Of a DNA stretch of 64,000 bases, positions 21,726-34,342 are shown piece after piece. Source of the DNA: Microbotryum violaceum (Eukaryota); assembly GCA_001244265.2 (NCBI GenBank), contig CDLV01000004.1, forward strand, positions 2,976,001 to 3,040,000. Direction: 5' to 3'. A model generated the notes under the pieces. The model made no database searches and was not told where the DNA came from. It worked only from the letters and a program-made list of their open reading frames with translations. Position 1 is the first letter of the stretch. The number at the start of each line of letters is the position of its first letter. The translations under genes were made by a program, and so were the position numbers.

Positions 21726-24257
21726 TCCTACTATCCTACTATCCTACTATAATACTCTAATATATATATATATACTCTAAAACCGACTGTTGTCTAGACA
21801 AAGAACGTCAAAGAACAAAAGACAAACCACGTGGCGTGACGTCATCGGCAGCTCTCGGTCTAGCGCGTCCCCGGAACTAGCTAGCGCTGATTCAGCATGG
21901 GGCCAGTGACAGACCGTTTCGCCTACCTTCGCCAAGGTTCCATTTCCCATAAAAGCGGCCTGGCACATGCCTCTCTGCTCCCCAGACGACCGGTTTTGCG
22001 TGCTTGCCACATCGTAGTGTAGTCCCTTCAACCATCCAGTTCTGCCACTGCCGAAGAGTCATCTGCAAGCTTTCACGTCCCGTCTGCTGTACAACAATCT
22101 TCACGGAGAGCAGCGGGGCAGCAGAGACGTCGGCAGCTGCTCGCGTTCCTCCTCCTCCGCACAATCCTCCTCCTCCCGCCTCCCGCTACAATCGCAGACA
22201 TCGCCGCCAGCAACCTCGAACAATCGCCGAAGCTCAGCGGCAACGACGCCTTCGCGAGAAGCAGCAGCGCGAAACCGATCAAGACGACGTCGCGCAAACT
22301 GGTTCGTCAATTCAACCTGCACCGGCAGCAGGCAGCCTCAAATGTCGCACGGCAAGTGCAACGGGCCCGCAGTTCTTCACCTCCAAGCTTGAGATTCGTT
22401 CCTCCACGCTTTGAAGCAGTTCCAGACCTCGGGTAGCGTCGGCCAGTGCGCCAATTCCGCCGTTAGGGGCCCGCCAGCGTGTCACGGGGCTTCACTCCAC
22501 GGCGTTCCGCGACATTCTATGAGCCCGGTTTAAGCTGAGACGCAGGCTCCTCCGTCTTTCTCCCTACTGCTCTTCACACCTTGCCCATCGCATCTCATCC
22601 CATCGCCACCTCGAGCTTGCGACATCCGAAGCGGTCGTTGTGGAGGCTCTGCAACAATTACGGGATCAAGAAATGCCCGCCGCATGCAACATAGCTACGA
22701 ATCCGAGTAAGTAACATCATGAAGTGTGCTCTTGGAGTGGGATTGTTCAGAAGCTAATGGAAAACTACCAAGCAGAAATTCCCTTCAACACATCCTCTTC
22801 GAATGTCAACCCTCGAGTTGTTTCTTCACCGCCAGCTGGTGACACGCATACGTGAGTCATCCCTTGACATGGCTGTGCAGTGTTAGATATGACGGACAAA
22901 CTGATACGAAAAACAGACATTGAACGTCAGTGACACAGCGGAAGGGTTGACTTTGTACGGTTGAAGATCCGCCGGGTCATTGGGACACTAAATGTGAGTC
23001 TTCACTGCCATTGCTACAGATGGACAACAGCGAGAATACTGATAGTTGTAACGAATCATGCCAGAAAACTGGCTCTGGTCGCGTGACTTGCGGCTCACCA
23101 TCCCGTGGCAGGTCCTCAATGTCTCGGTTCGGTGGGGTGACCATCACGTTGGCAGGTGTGTGCGAAACTTTCAAAAGCAAAACGCAGGGCAGCATGACTG
23201 ACTGACCGGTTGGACTGTAGCATCACAGGGGATCCGAAGCAATGCCTTCCCGTCATCCTCAACGGCTCGGTTCGGTGGGGTGACCATCCTGTTGGCAGGT
23301 ATGTGCCAATATTTCAAAAGCAAGGCGCAGGGCAGCATGACTGACTGACTGGTTGGACTGTAACATCGACTGTAACATCACAGGGGATCCGAAGCAATGC
23401 CATCCCGTTATTCCATGGCTCGGTTTGGTGGGGTGACCATCGCGTTGGCAAGTGTGTGCCAATCTTTCAAAAGCAAAGCGCAGGGCAGGATGACTAACGG
23501 ACCGGTTGTACTGTAACATCACAGGGGTTCCGAAACAATGCCTTCCCGTTATGCCACGGCTCGGTTCGGTGGGGTGACCATCCCTGCCAATCTTTCAAAA
23601 GCAAAGCGCAGGGCAGCATGATTAACTGACCGGTTGGACTGTAACATCACAAGGGATCCGAAGCAATGCCTTCCCATTATTCCAAGCCATCGCCAGCATA
23701 AATCGTCGACGCTTGCTTCATGGAATTCTGACTACTGGGGAGAAGTTGAGGTGGTGCTTGGCTTCGTGCGGTTGAGAATCGGGGCCCGGCTCAGTTCGGT
23801 GGAGTAACCGTCGTGTTGGCAGGTGTGTGCCAACCTTTCAAAAGCAAAGCGCAGGGCAGCATGACTGACTGACCGGCTGGACTATAACATCAAGGGCCAA
23901 GTTTTCTCAAGATCCCTTCCCATTATTCCCAAGTCATCGCCTGCACAAATCGTCGACGCTTGCTTGATGGAATGCTGACTTCTGGGGGGAAACAGCAAGA
24001 ATACTGATAGTTGCACGACGTCTCGGAGGTCTGAAGGCCAGCAACGACGACGGCTCGAGCGAGAGCGTTCCGGGCCGGTCCCACACAGTTCTTCGCCGAA
24101 CCCTGCCTCTACCGCATCAACATCGACGTCTGTGAGGTGGCCGCCGAACCTAGTATATATATTATAATAAAATAGGCCGTCGAGACAAAGAACGTTCTAG
24201 CACGAGACAAACCACGTGGCGTGACGTCATGGCGCGCGAAGCGCGCCACCGCACTAG
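21726..24257 (+). mobile_element. Non-autonomous Helitron B, copy 1 (composite with a 104-bp mini-Helitron at 24154-24257)
   Basis: Starts A|TCCTACTATCCTACTA. Hairpin-less CTAG at 24150-24153; second end GGCGCGC-GAA-GCGCGCC + ACCGCA + CTAG|T at 24231-24257. Internal sequence is an inverted homolog of A. Confidence 0.85.
23128..23930. repeat. ~140-bp internal tandem repeat x~5 in Helitron B (inverse of the repeat in A)
   Basis: Recurring TTCAAAAGCAAAGCGCAGGGCAGCATGACTGACTGACCGGTTGGACTGTAACATC. Confidence 0.85.
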
Positions 24258-26283
24258 TCTCCCAAAGTCGCTGCACCCCCAAGCCGCCCCCCAGCGCTGA
24301 GATCGTCGTCAATTTCCCAAGCCCGCGCCGCCGAATTTTTCTGGAACAAACCTTCAGCTCTAAAGAGCTTCAGGGATAACCAGGCACGCGGTAATACCTC
24401 CCAGCTGGGTATTTACTTTGACACATGGGTAATATCTGCTTGGATGGCTATTCCCCCGGCCTCCGGGTTTCCGTACGTGCAGCGTAGTTATTACCGGGTT
24501 TGGGGGTTATTGCCACCGCAATACCACCCCACGGATGTCTAGAACTTCTCTGTAACACTCTAGCCTCTGGCAGTGGATGAAACAGCGGGGAATGCCCATT
24601 CAGATGGGTATTCCCCACCAAAAACGTCGCTCAGTGAAAATCCGGCAAAATTGCCGATTTTGGACCTCATTTGTCCACCGTTTTTTGGAATTTCGCCCAA
24701 AAAAGTCACCAAAATGTCCAGTCCATCTACGCGCCTAAGAAAATAGCTCTAGGACTGCTTCAAATGCTCTTAAACATCTCCAAAAATCGCGAAAACGCCG
24801 TCAGGACGCTTTTCGCCCGGACCGAATCGCCGGAGCCCGCGCGCGCGCTAGCCGTTTCGGTTCTGCTTCGCCGAGGGCTCCTCACCTGCACTTACTGCCT
24901 GCCTCTTTGCCTATGCTATAACGTGGCCATGGTATGCATGTAACGTACCACGAGAGGTAGATCGATTGCAGTCACTCTGCGAAGCAGTAAGCTAGCTACC
25001 GTGAGGTGTTCAAACCAAATCCAATCGACAGTTGTTCTTCTCCTATGTTGCTGGCGTCACAACTGACAGGTATCGTGCCTCGTTTCAATACAAAGCAGAC
25101 AAGAGACCCAATTTTCAAGGCGCAGCTGACGTGACGTTTCCGTCGATCGACCCAAACGGTGGGATCTTGGCGAATGCCGTGTATTGCCTTGCTCGCAATT
25201 GCATCCGTACCTGGGCAAGAATGAACATTATTGATGAGCACTCTCTGGGCCATATGTGCAGAGCACACAATTGCAGCTCACTTCTTTACGTCCGTCTTCG
25301 ATGTATCCTATGTTTTCCGTTTCGTTTGCGGTCAAAAAGCGACTGAAGGTCCCTTGTCCTGTTCAACGAATGGACCTCGCCTCGCAACTCCTGACACGCG
25401 CGGTAACCTTGCTTACGCGCCGCAGTAATTGCTCCACGATCCTTGAACTTGGACCTCCAAGCATCGAGCGGCCTAAGAAGAGTATCACACTCGAGAAGCT
25501 CGTCTGTCGACCACGAAAGCTGTATCTGGGTTATCTGGGTGTCTGCAGTGGGTTGTCGAAGCGGAAGGCGAGAAGCTCAAGACACCCTCACGTCCTAGAA
25601 GGGTGCCATTCGTTCGAAATCATCGTCAAGGAGCTCGATATCCAAGTTGTCTAGATACATCTCGTCGAAGTTGGTTGAAGCGAGAGCCTAACCTAGGATG
25701 TTGATGACGATGATGGCACAGACGACGCGACGCGGCGGGGGAGGCAAGAGACGGCGCACTCGGACGAGACGCCTCGTTCAACCAGCCAAGAGGCTTATAA
25801 TTGCAAAATCGATCCATTAGAGCCCTTCTTGTGAATTCGGTACAGGCCCGAGTGTTTCGCGCGCGCTCCGCACGTTCTTGAGGGTCGGCAAACTCTGGCG
25901 TACCAAGCCGAACGTGGCTGAAATGGGCCCAGATTTGCCCAGCACCTAGGACCTCACCCGCACGGCGCACCCTGATTTGTCCACCTCCGACTACGCGCCT
26001 TCGCGATTTTGGCCCATCTGAGGCCCACATTTTGTCCAGTCAGGCACTACGCGCCTCAGGCCGGGCTTTCGGGGGTCCTTCCAGGGCTCTCCAGGTGGAG
26101 GCGCCAGATGCAGTAGTAGGCAGTAAGCCACGTTCTTCGCTGCCTAACCTCGTCCACGTCGGCGGCAGGCACCCCCCGCCTTCATCACAGACAGGCCCGA
26201 TTCGAATAAACGAGCCGGGCAAGAATAGACGAAACGAGAGGAGACGACCGCTTTCGCTCTTGTCGAGACCATCTTGCTTTCGA

Positions 26284-27098
26284 ATGAGCGACAATCTAGT
26301 ACGTGATGGTCCAGCAAGTCTCCTCCTCGGCCCTGAGCGCTGAGCTCCTCTCGACGCCCCCGACCCGCGCGCCTCGCAAAGCTCTTGGGCTGGCTGACTC
26401 GCTTCTTGTACTGACGATGACCACCCTTCTCGGTGCAATTGCAGGGTCGAGGTGGCCGGGGCCGTGGCGGTGGCGGTGGTGCGGCCCGCGGCGCACGGTC
26501 CACGCCCGGGTCTCGCGACGACAAACCGCGCCGCGAAGCGATACTGGATCTGAGCAAGTTCATTGACAAGCAGATCCGTGTCAAGTTCACAGGAGGTCGC
26601 GAGGGTGCGGCCCTACTCCCTTTTTTGCAGTGTGGTCGGTTCGGATCTGACCCTGTGCTCCTCCCCTTCGCCGGGGACGCCTCGTGCATGATCTCCGTTC
26701 TGCAGTCACTGGCACGCTGAAAGGGTACGATCAATTGCTCAATCTCGTCATGGACGATATCGAAGAAGCACTACGAGGTACGAGGCCCGTCGGATCGGAT
26801 GCATCGGGACTGCTCTCGCGAAGTGCACAGCCGACTTTATTACGCTCTTGTTCGATTCTGACCACTGGCTTCTGTCGGATCTCGCAGATCCCACCACCGG
26901 TCTCCTGCTCGCACCGAGGAGAACACGCTCACTCGGGCTCGCCGTCGTCCGCGGCACCAGCCTGATTGTTCTAAACCCACTTGACGGGTAACTTCTGCTG
27001 CGGTTATCAAGTCTCTTTACTGCATGATCACCCGGGTTCTTGACATCCTTGCACTCTATCATCACAGGTCCAAAGAGATCGCCAATCCATTTGCGTAG
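26284..27098 (+). CDS. LSM7: Sm-like protein Lsm7 (U6 snRNP / mRNA decay), 5 exons, intact; copy 1
   Basis: MSDNL|GRGG...KPRREAILDLSKFIDKQIRVKFTGGRE|VTGTLKGYDQLLNLVMDDIEEALR|DPTT...RSLGLAVVRGTSLIVLNPLDG|SKEIANPFA*; four GT-AG introns with consistent phases. Confidence 0.95.
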
Positions 27099-27154
27099 TG
27101 TGGTTCCGCAGATGTGTTCTGTTTCCGCAACGGGATAATGTGCACATTCTCGAA

Positions 27155-29011
27155 TCACAAGAAATAGCTCTGACTCACAGCATGTGGAAAGCCGTCAGCC
27201 ACTATTGCAGCTGTGCTTTTCGAAGCTCCCACTTACCGAGGCTGCAGACCGATTTGGAATGCTCTTGTCCTGATTGGGCACTGTGGCCAGAAAAGCAGCA
27301 TAGTGATACGAGAGTGGAGTGAGTCAGGTGGGTGAGGATCGGTGGATACGGTATTGTACGGCATGACGCGAAGAAGCGAAAATTAGTGGCGGCCAGAGGG
27401 AGACCGACATCAGCGGGAGGCTAAGTCTCTACACAAGAAAAGCCCTTGGTTTCGGGTCTTGGCTTTGACAGGAAAATGCGCACCTGCTTCGAAGATCTTG
27501 AAGCTATCCCTGTCAACGACTGTGCCCTCACGTACTTGCATCACGCTCGCGACGTTGCCACAACGGTAGCAATAATTCGGGGCTGACCAGACGGTCACGA
27601 GGTTGTTCTCGGGCGCGAACATGAACTTGTAGCCTTCCTGGACCAGTTGGTGGGCCCGCGCAATCAAGGTGAGCTGGTTCACAAGATTGAACTTTTGATA
27701 AACCCGACAACATAGCAGAATGCGACGTCAGCCATGAGAATGTGTGGGGTTCGCTCGAGTTGCGGGAAATCTTGCCTCATTGGTCACGCGCGCCCCGAAC
27801 AGCCACCCGGCACCTCGAGGTGATATGGACCATGTCTCGACCTCGTCGGGGTCGGACCACATCAGATCTAGATAAAGGACGACCATTTCGAAGCGTAAGT
27901 GCATGAAGCGTAGATGCGGACCGAGTTCTATCTCGCATTCAAAGGCGTACCGCAGAATGCGCCTTCGTGGGGAATCTCCTGGGCCCGCGCGATAACTCGT
28001 ATTTGGTCCAAAGTACGGAGCTCAGGAGAGAGACCGCCGTGTACACACAATATGGACCCATCCACGACCTAGACATCCACAAGGCCAAAGGCTCAATTGG
28101 TCAGTCCGGCGGACCTCCCTCTATATAGAGCGTTAAACATGCTTCGTTAAACATGCTTACAGCTGCGAGATTCAGGTAATCGAAGACCGAGCAACACGCC
28201 TTCCATACGTTGGCATTGCCGTACTTTTGTAGGCACTCGTCTGCGCACGGCGCAGGGGTTCGATCCGCACCCAAGTTCAGCTCGTATTGCACGCCTGATG
28301 AGCGAAATATGGCGAGGAGACGGACCATAAAAGCCATACACTTGCGTGATTTGTCGGGACTCGTGGTTGCCCCTGAGTAATGTCACGCGGTCCGGGTACC
28401 TGCCCGAATACGAAAGCCACGTATGGGAACACTGCCAACATTTGAAGTCGATCGAGGTCGAATGGGTATGAACCAGCTCTAAGAAGAGCGACTCACTTGG
28501 CCTTCAACGTTAGCAACAGTGAGAGCGTCTCTAGGCTGTAGTACCCCCGGTCAACGAAATCGCCCTTCTCGGGGGGGATGCCCCGAAAATTGAAAATAAG
28601 AGGGACTGTCAGACGCTTACGGCGCTTTTTGTACGAGCAAGCTGTACACCGCTTACCATGAAGATATAGGATGTCGAAGGACAATCCCCTCCCACCCGGA
28701 GTAGCTCGAGCAGGTCCCACAACTGTCCATGGATGTCGCCGCAGACGGTCACGGGGGAGGACACGGGCTGGACATTCGACTCCTCCATCAGCAGCGCGAG
28801 CACAATGTTGCACAGCTGCTTCATTACGGATTCGGGAAGATGTCGGCACTGGCGCAGTTGAGAAATGTACAGGTCGGGATTGAAGTCGCGCTGCAACAGC
28901 AAGTGTCGGGCCACTGTGAGGATTCTGGTGTCTACTACGGCGGTGGAGCGAGAAGCAGTAGGGGTGGCGGAGGGGAGACTCCAGAGGACGACGAGTCCGA
29001 AGGCTCACCAT
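27155..29011 (-). CDS. SIT4: Sit4/Ppe1/PP6-type Ser/Thr phosphatase catalytic subunit, multi-exon, apparently intact; copy 1
   Basis: [94 protein letters not shown]-terminal [12 protein letters not shown] and GAGWLFG favour Sit4/PP6 over PP2A, Pph3 or Ppg1. Confidence 0.9.
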
Positions 29012-29577
29012 GGTGAATGACCATACAAATGCGGACCCGACACGGCGTACCGATGTTACGAAGCTGTCGACAAAGCGTGAAGGTCTTGGCAGAGTGCAAG
29101 CGTGCTGATAGCCTAGCCGATACGTCCTGCAGCTGCTAGTGGTGCGCTAGATCGAGCCTGTGCGGGTTGATGATGAGCTATGAGGTTCGTACAAGACACA
29201 CGAGGTGTGCAGAGTGTGGAAAGAAGGAGGCGCAGAACTGTGGCGTTTGCCGTTGTCCAAATGGGTAGCCGTGGTGGTGATCATCGCTGCAAGAGAAGCT
29301 GAAGCCCGAATCGTGGGCAGCCTGCGGCGCGCCTCGTGGGAGCCTTGTACTATGGGCCGCCGTTTGTCGTTTTATTCCGAGTGAACACGCGCGGCGCAAT
29401 GACAATGCGCGCGAGACCGCTTTACAGCACACACCGGACATAACTGACACGCGTACGCGCCAGACCCTCTGTGACATACCTCGACGCATTGAACACACGC
29501 GTCAGCGCTATCTTTAACCCACGACGTAGCATTTATACACTCCTTCGCACTTTTCACTTGTTTCCTACCCATTTTGA

Positions 29578-31808
29578 CTAGGTTCGGCGGCGCGCTCCGC
29601 GCGCCACCTCACATTGAGAATCAGCAGTTGCAGATGGCTACGGTTCTACGCTGCTTTCATCTATCTTCTGATCTCCTGGAGGTGGACTGATTCGTCGTGA
29701 TTTGGCAAAGTGAGGGTCGGGCAGAGAACTGTGCAGGACCGGAACGGAACGCTCTCGCTCAAGACTTTCCTGTTGACGACGTCTTTGCTGATCTTGAGAC
29801 CTTCGAGAGATCGCAACGTTCGCAGGTGGTGGATCCATTGGATGAAGTTGATTTTCCGGCAGTGGAAGCAGTGCAATTGGTGACTGTGCGGCGACATCCA
29901 CCGGGACAGAGTGGACGTTGGGCGTTGGCCGAGGTGGAGGCGATTGATTGATAGAATCAAATTTGCTGCCTTTCCCGGAGTCTCCGCAATTGTTGTGCCC
30001 TAAATCTTCTGGAAATAAAATGATCCGTCGATGTTGATGCGGTAGAGGCAGGGTTCGGCGAAAAACTGTGTGGGACCGGACCGGAACGCTCTCGCTCGAG
30101 CCTTCGTCGTTGCTGGCCTTCAGACCTCCGAGACGTTGTGCAACTATCATTATTCTTGCTGTTGTCCATCTCTAGCAAGGGCAGTAAAGACTCACATTTA
30201 GTGTGCCAATGACCCGGATTCTCAACCGTACGAAGTCAAGCAGCACCCCAACTTCCCCCAGAAGTCAGCATTCCATGAAGCAAGCGTCGACGATTTATGC
30301 AGGCGATGACTTGAGAATAACGGGAAGGCATTGCTTCGGTTTCCTGTGATGTTACAGTCCAACCGGTCAGTTATTCATGCTGCCCTGCGCTTTGCTTTTG
30401 AAAGATTGGCACACACTTGCCAACGCGATGGTCACCCCACCAAACCGAGCCATGGAATAACGGGATGGCATTGCTTCGGATCCCCTGTGATGTTACAGTC
30501 GATGTTACAGTCCAACCAGTCAGTCAGTCATGCTGCCCTGCGCCTTGCTTTTGAAATATTGGCACATACCTGCCAACACGACGGTCACTACACCGAACCG
30601 AGCCGTGGAATAACGGAAAGACATTGCTTCGGATTCCCTGTGCTGTTACAGTCGAACCGGTCATTAGTCATGCTGCCCTGCGTTTTGCTTTTGAAAGTTT
30701 CGCACACACCTGCCAACGTGATGGTCACCCCACCGAACCGAGACATTGAGGACCTGCCACGGGATGGTGAGCCGCAAGTCACGCGACCAGAGCCTGTTTT
30801 CTGGCATGATTCGTTACAACTATCAGTATTCTCGCTGTTGTCCATCTGTAGCAATGGCAGTGAAGACTCACATTTAGTGTCCCAATGACCCGGCGGATCT
30901 TCAACCGTACAAAGTCAATCCTTCCGCTGTTTCACTGACGTTCAATGTCTGTTTTTGGTGTCAGTTTTTCCGTCATATCTAAGACTGCACAGCCATGTCA
31001 AGGGAGGACCCACGTATGCAATGTCACCAGCTGAAGGTGAAGAAACAACTCGAGGGTTGACACTCCTCGAAGAGGAAGTGTTGAATGGAATTTCTGCTTG
31101 GTAGTTTTCCATTAGCTTCTGAACAACACAGCAAGAGCACAATCCATGAAGTTACTTACTCGAATTCGTAGCTATGTTGCTTGCAGCCATTTCTTGATTC
31201 CGTATTCGTTGCAGAGCTTCCACGGCAACCGCTTCGGATGTCGGAAGCTTGAGGTGGCGACGGGATGAGGTGCGATGGGTAAGGTGTGAAGAGCAGGAGG
31301 GAGAAAGATGGAGAAGCCTGCGCCTCAGTTTAAACCGGACTCATAGAATGTCGCGGAAGGCTGCGGAACATTGTGGAGTGAAGCCCGAAGCAGAGGGTCA
31401 CGTGCCCAGCTGCTTTGATGGGAAATGGAACCTCGACAAACGTTGGAACCTCGGCGAACGTGGACGGAACGGTTTGTCGCCACGTGGTTTGTCTCCCGTT
31501 CTCTGACGTTCTTTGACATTGACGTGGTAGACTTTATAGTCGTTGAACGTTTCCTATACATACCAGTTTCTTGCTTCGCGCGCTTCCTTTTAAAAAATCA
31601 AAGATAAGCAAACCGCGATGCTTTAACAGCATTGTGAAATTTCCTAAACGGTCTGAAACAGCGCTAGCTAGCTGGGACGCTGGACCGACAGCTGCTATGA
31701 CGTCATGCCACGTGGTTTGTGCCACGTGGTTTGTCTATGTCTCAGGACGTTTTTTATTTTATAAGTTTTAAGGATTAAGGATAAGGATAAGGATTTAAGG
31801 ATTAAGGA
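29578..31808 (-). mobile_element. Non-autonomous Helitron A, copy 2
   Basis: Same as 19492-21723 apart from one C-run length difference. Confidence 0.85.
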
Positions 31809-31810
31809 TA

Positions 31811-34342
31811 TCCTACTATCCTACTATCCTACTATAATACTCTAATATATATATATATACTCTAAAACCGACTGTTGTCTAGACAAAGAACGTCAAAGAA
31901 CAAAAGACAAACCACGTGGCGTGACGTCATCGGCAGCTCTCGGTCTAGCGCGTCCCCGGAACTAGCTAGCGCTGATTCAGCATGGGGCCAGTGACAGACC
32001 GTTTCGCCTACCTTCGCCAAGGTTCCATTTCCCATAAAAGCGGCCTGGCACATGCCTCTCTGCTCCCCAGACGACCGGTTTTGCGTGCTTGCCACATCGT
32101 AGTGTAGTCCCTTCAACCATCCAGTTCTGCCACTGCCGAAGAGTCATCTGCAAGCTTTCACGTCCCGTCTGCTGTACAACAATCTTCACGGAGAGCAGCG
32201 GGGCAGCAGAGACGTCGGCAGCTGCTCGCGTTCCTCCTCCTCCGCACAATCCTCCTCCTCCCGCCTCCCGCTACAATCGCAGACATCGCCGCCAGCAACC
32301 TCGAACAATCGCCGAAGCTCAGCGGCAACGACGCCTTCGCGAGAAGCAGCAGCGCGAAACCGATCAAGACGACGTCGCGCAAACTGGTTCGTCAATTCAA
32401 CCTGCACCGGCAGCAGGCAGCCTCAAATGTCGCACGGCAAGTGCAACGGGCCCGCAGTTCTTCACCTCCAAGCTTGAGATTCGTTCCTCCACGCTTTGAA
32501 GCAGTTCCAGACCTCGGGTAGCGTCGGCCAGTGCGCCAATTCCGCCGTTAGGGGCCCGCCAGCGTGTCACGGGGCTTCACTCCACGGCGTTCCGCGACAT
32601 TCTATGAGCCCGGTTTAAGCTGAGACGCAGGCTCCTCCGTCTTTCTCCCTACTGCTCTTCACACCTTGCCCATCGCATCTCATCCCATCGCCACCTCGAG
32701 CTTGCGACATCCGAAGCGGTCGTTGTGGAGGCTCTGCAACAATTACGGGATCAAGAAATGCCCGCCGCATGCAACATAGCTACGAATCCGAGTAAGTAAC
32801 ATCATGAAGTGTGCTCTTGGAGTGGGATTGTTCAGAAGCTAATGGAAAACTACCAAGCAGAAATTCCCTTCAACACATCCTCTTCGAATGTCAACCCTCG
32901 AGTTGTTTCTTCACCGCCAGCTGGTGACACGCATACGTGAGTCATCCCTTGACATGGCTGTGCAGTGTTAGATATGACGGACAAACTGATACGAAAAACA
33001 GACATTGAACGTCAGTGACACAGCGGAAGGGTTGACTTTGTACGGTTGAAGATCCGCCGGGTCATTGGGACACTAAATGTGAGTCTTCACTGCCATTGCT
33101 ACAGATGGACAACAGCGAGAATACTGATAGTTGTAACGAATCATGCCAGAAAACTGGCTCTGGTCGCGTGACTTGCGGCTCACCATCCCGTGGCAGGTCC
33201 TCAATGTCTCGGTTCGGTGGGGTGACCATCACGTTGGCAGGTGTGTGCGAAACTTTCAAAAGCAAAACGCAGGGCAGCATGACTGACTGACCGGTTGGAC
33301 TGTAGCATCACAGGGGATCCGAAGCAATGCCTTCCCGTCATCCTCAACGGCTCGGTTCGGTGGGGTGACCATCCTGTTGGCAGGTATGTGCCAATATTTC
33401 AAAAGCAAGGCGCAGGGCAGCATGACTGACTGACTGGTTGGACTGTAACATCGACTGTAACATCACAGGGGATCCGAAGCAATGCCATCCCGTTATTCCA
33501 TGGCTCGGTTTGGTGGGGTGACCATCGCGTTGGCAAGTGTGTGCCAATCTTTCAAAAGCAAAGCGCAGGGCAGGATGACTAACGGACCGGTTGTACTGTA
33601 ACATCACAGGGGTTCCGAAACAATGCCTTCCCGTTATGCCACGGCTCGGTTCGGTGGGGTGACCATCCCTGCCAATCTTTCAAAAGCAAAGCGCAGGGCA
33701 GCATGATTAACTGACCGGTTGGACTGTAACATCACAAGGGATCCGAAGCAATGCCTTCCCATTATTCCAAGCCATCGCCAGCATAAATCGTCGACGCTTG
33801 CTTCATGGAATTCTGACTACTGGGGAGAAGTTGAGGTGGTGCTTGGCTTCGTGCGGTTGAGAATCGGGGCCCGGCTCAGTTCGGTGGAGTAACCGTCGTG
33901 TTGGCAGGTGTGTGCCAACCTTTCAAAAGCAAAGCGCAGGGCAGCATGACTGACTGACCGGCTGGACTATAACATCAAGGGCCAAGTTTTCTCAAGATCC
34001 CTTCCCATTATTCCCAAGTCATCGCCTGCACAAATCGTCGACGCTTGCTTGATGGAATGCTGACTTCTGGGGGGAAACAGCAAGAATACTGATAGTTGCA
34101 CGACGTCTCGGAGGTCTGAAGGCCAGCAACGACGACGGCTCGAGCGAGAGCGTTCCGGGCCGGTCCCACACAGTTCTTCGCCGAACCCTGCCTCTACCGC
34201 ATCAACATCGACGTCTGTGAGGTGGCCGCCGAACCTAGTATATATATTATAATAAAATAGGCCGTCGAGACAAAGAACGTTCTAGCACGAGACAAACCAC
34301 GTGGCGTGACGTCATGGCGCGCGAAGCGCGCCACCGCACTAG
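31811..34342 (+). mobile_element. Non-autonomous Helitron B plus mini-Helitron, copy 2
   Basis: Same as 21726-24257. Confidence 0.85.

Noticed and set aside
19552-22414. Helitron-internal ORFs (170, 185 and 136 aa) as RepHel or real genes
   Set aside because: No HUH or PIF1 helicase motifs; the 185-aa ORF simply translates the minisatellite. Splice-like signals near 20930-21075 may be remnants but cannot be assigned.
20232-23930. Regular repeats as a possible CRISPR array
   Set aside because: Units are ~140-bp contiguous tandem repeats with no unique spacers, inside eukaryotic Helitrons; no cas genes.
24996-26030. ORFs upstream of LSM7 as a third host gene
   Set aside because: Short overlapping ORFs on both strands with no recognisable domain or consistent exon chain.
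27155-29011. Phosphatase as PP2A (Pph21), Pph3 or Ppg1
   Set aside because: [20 protein letters not shown] and GAGWLFG fit Sit4/PP6 better; a phylogeny would confirm.
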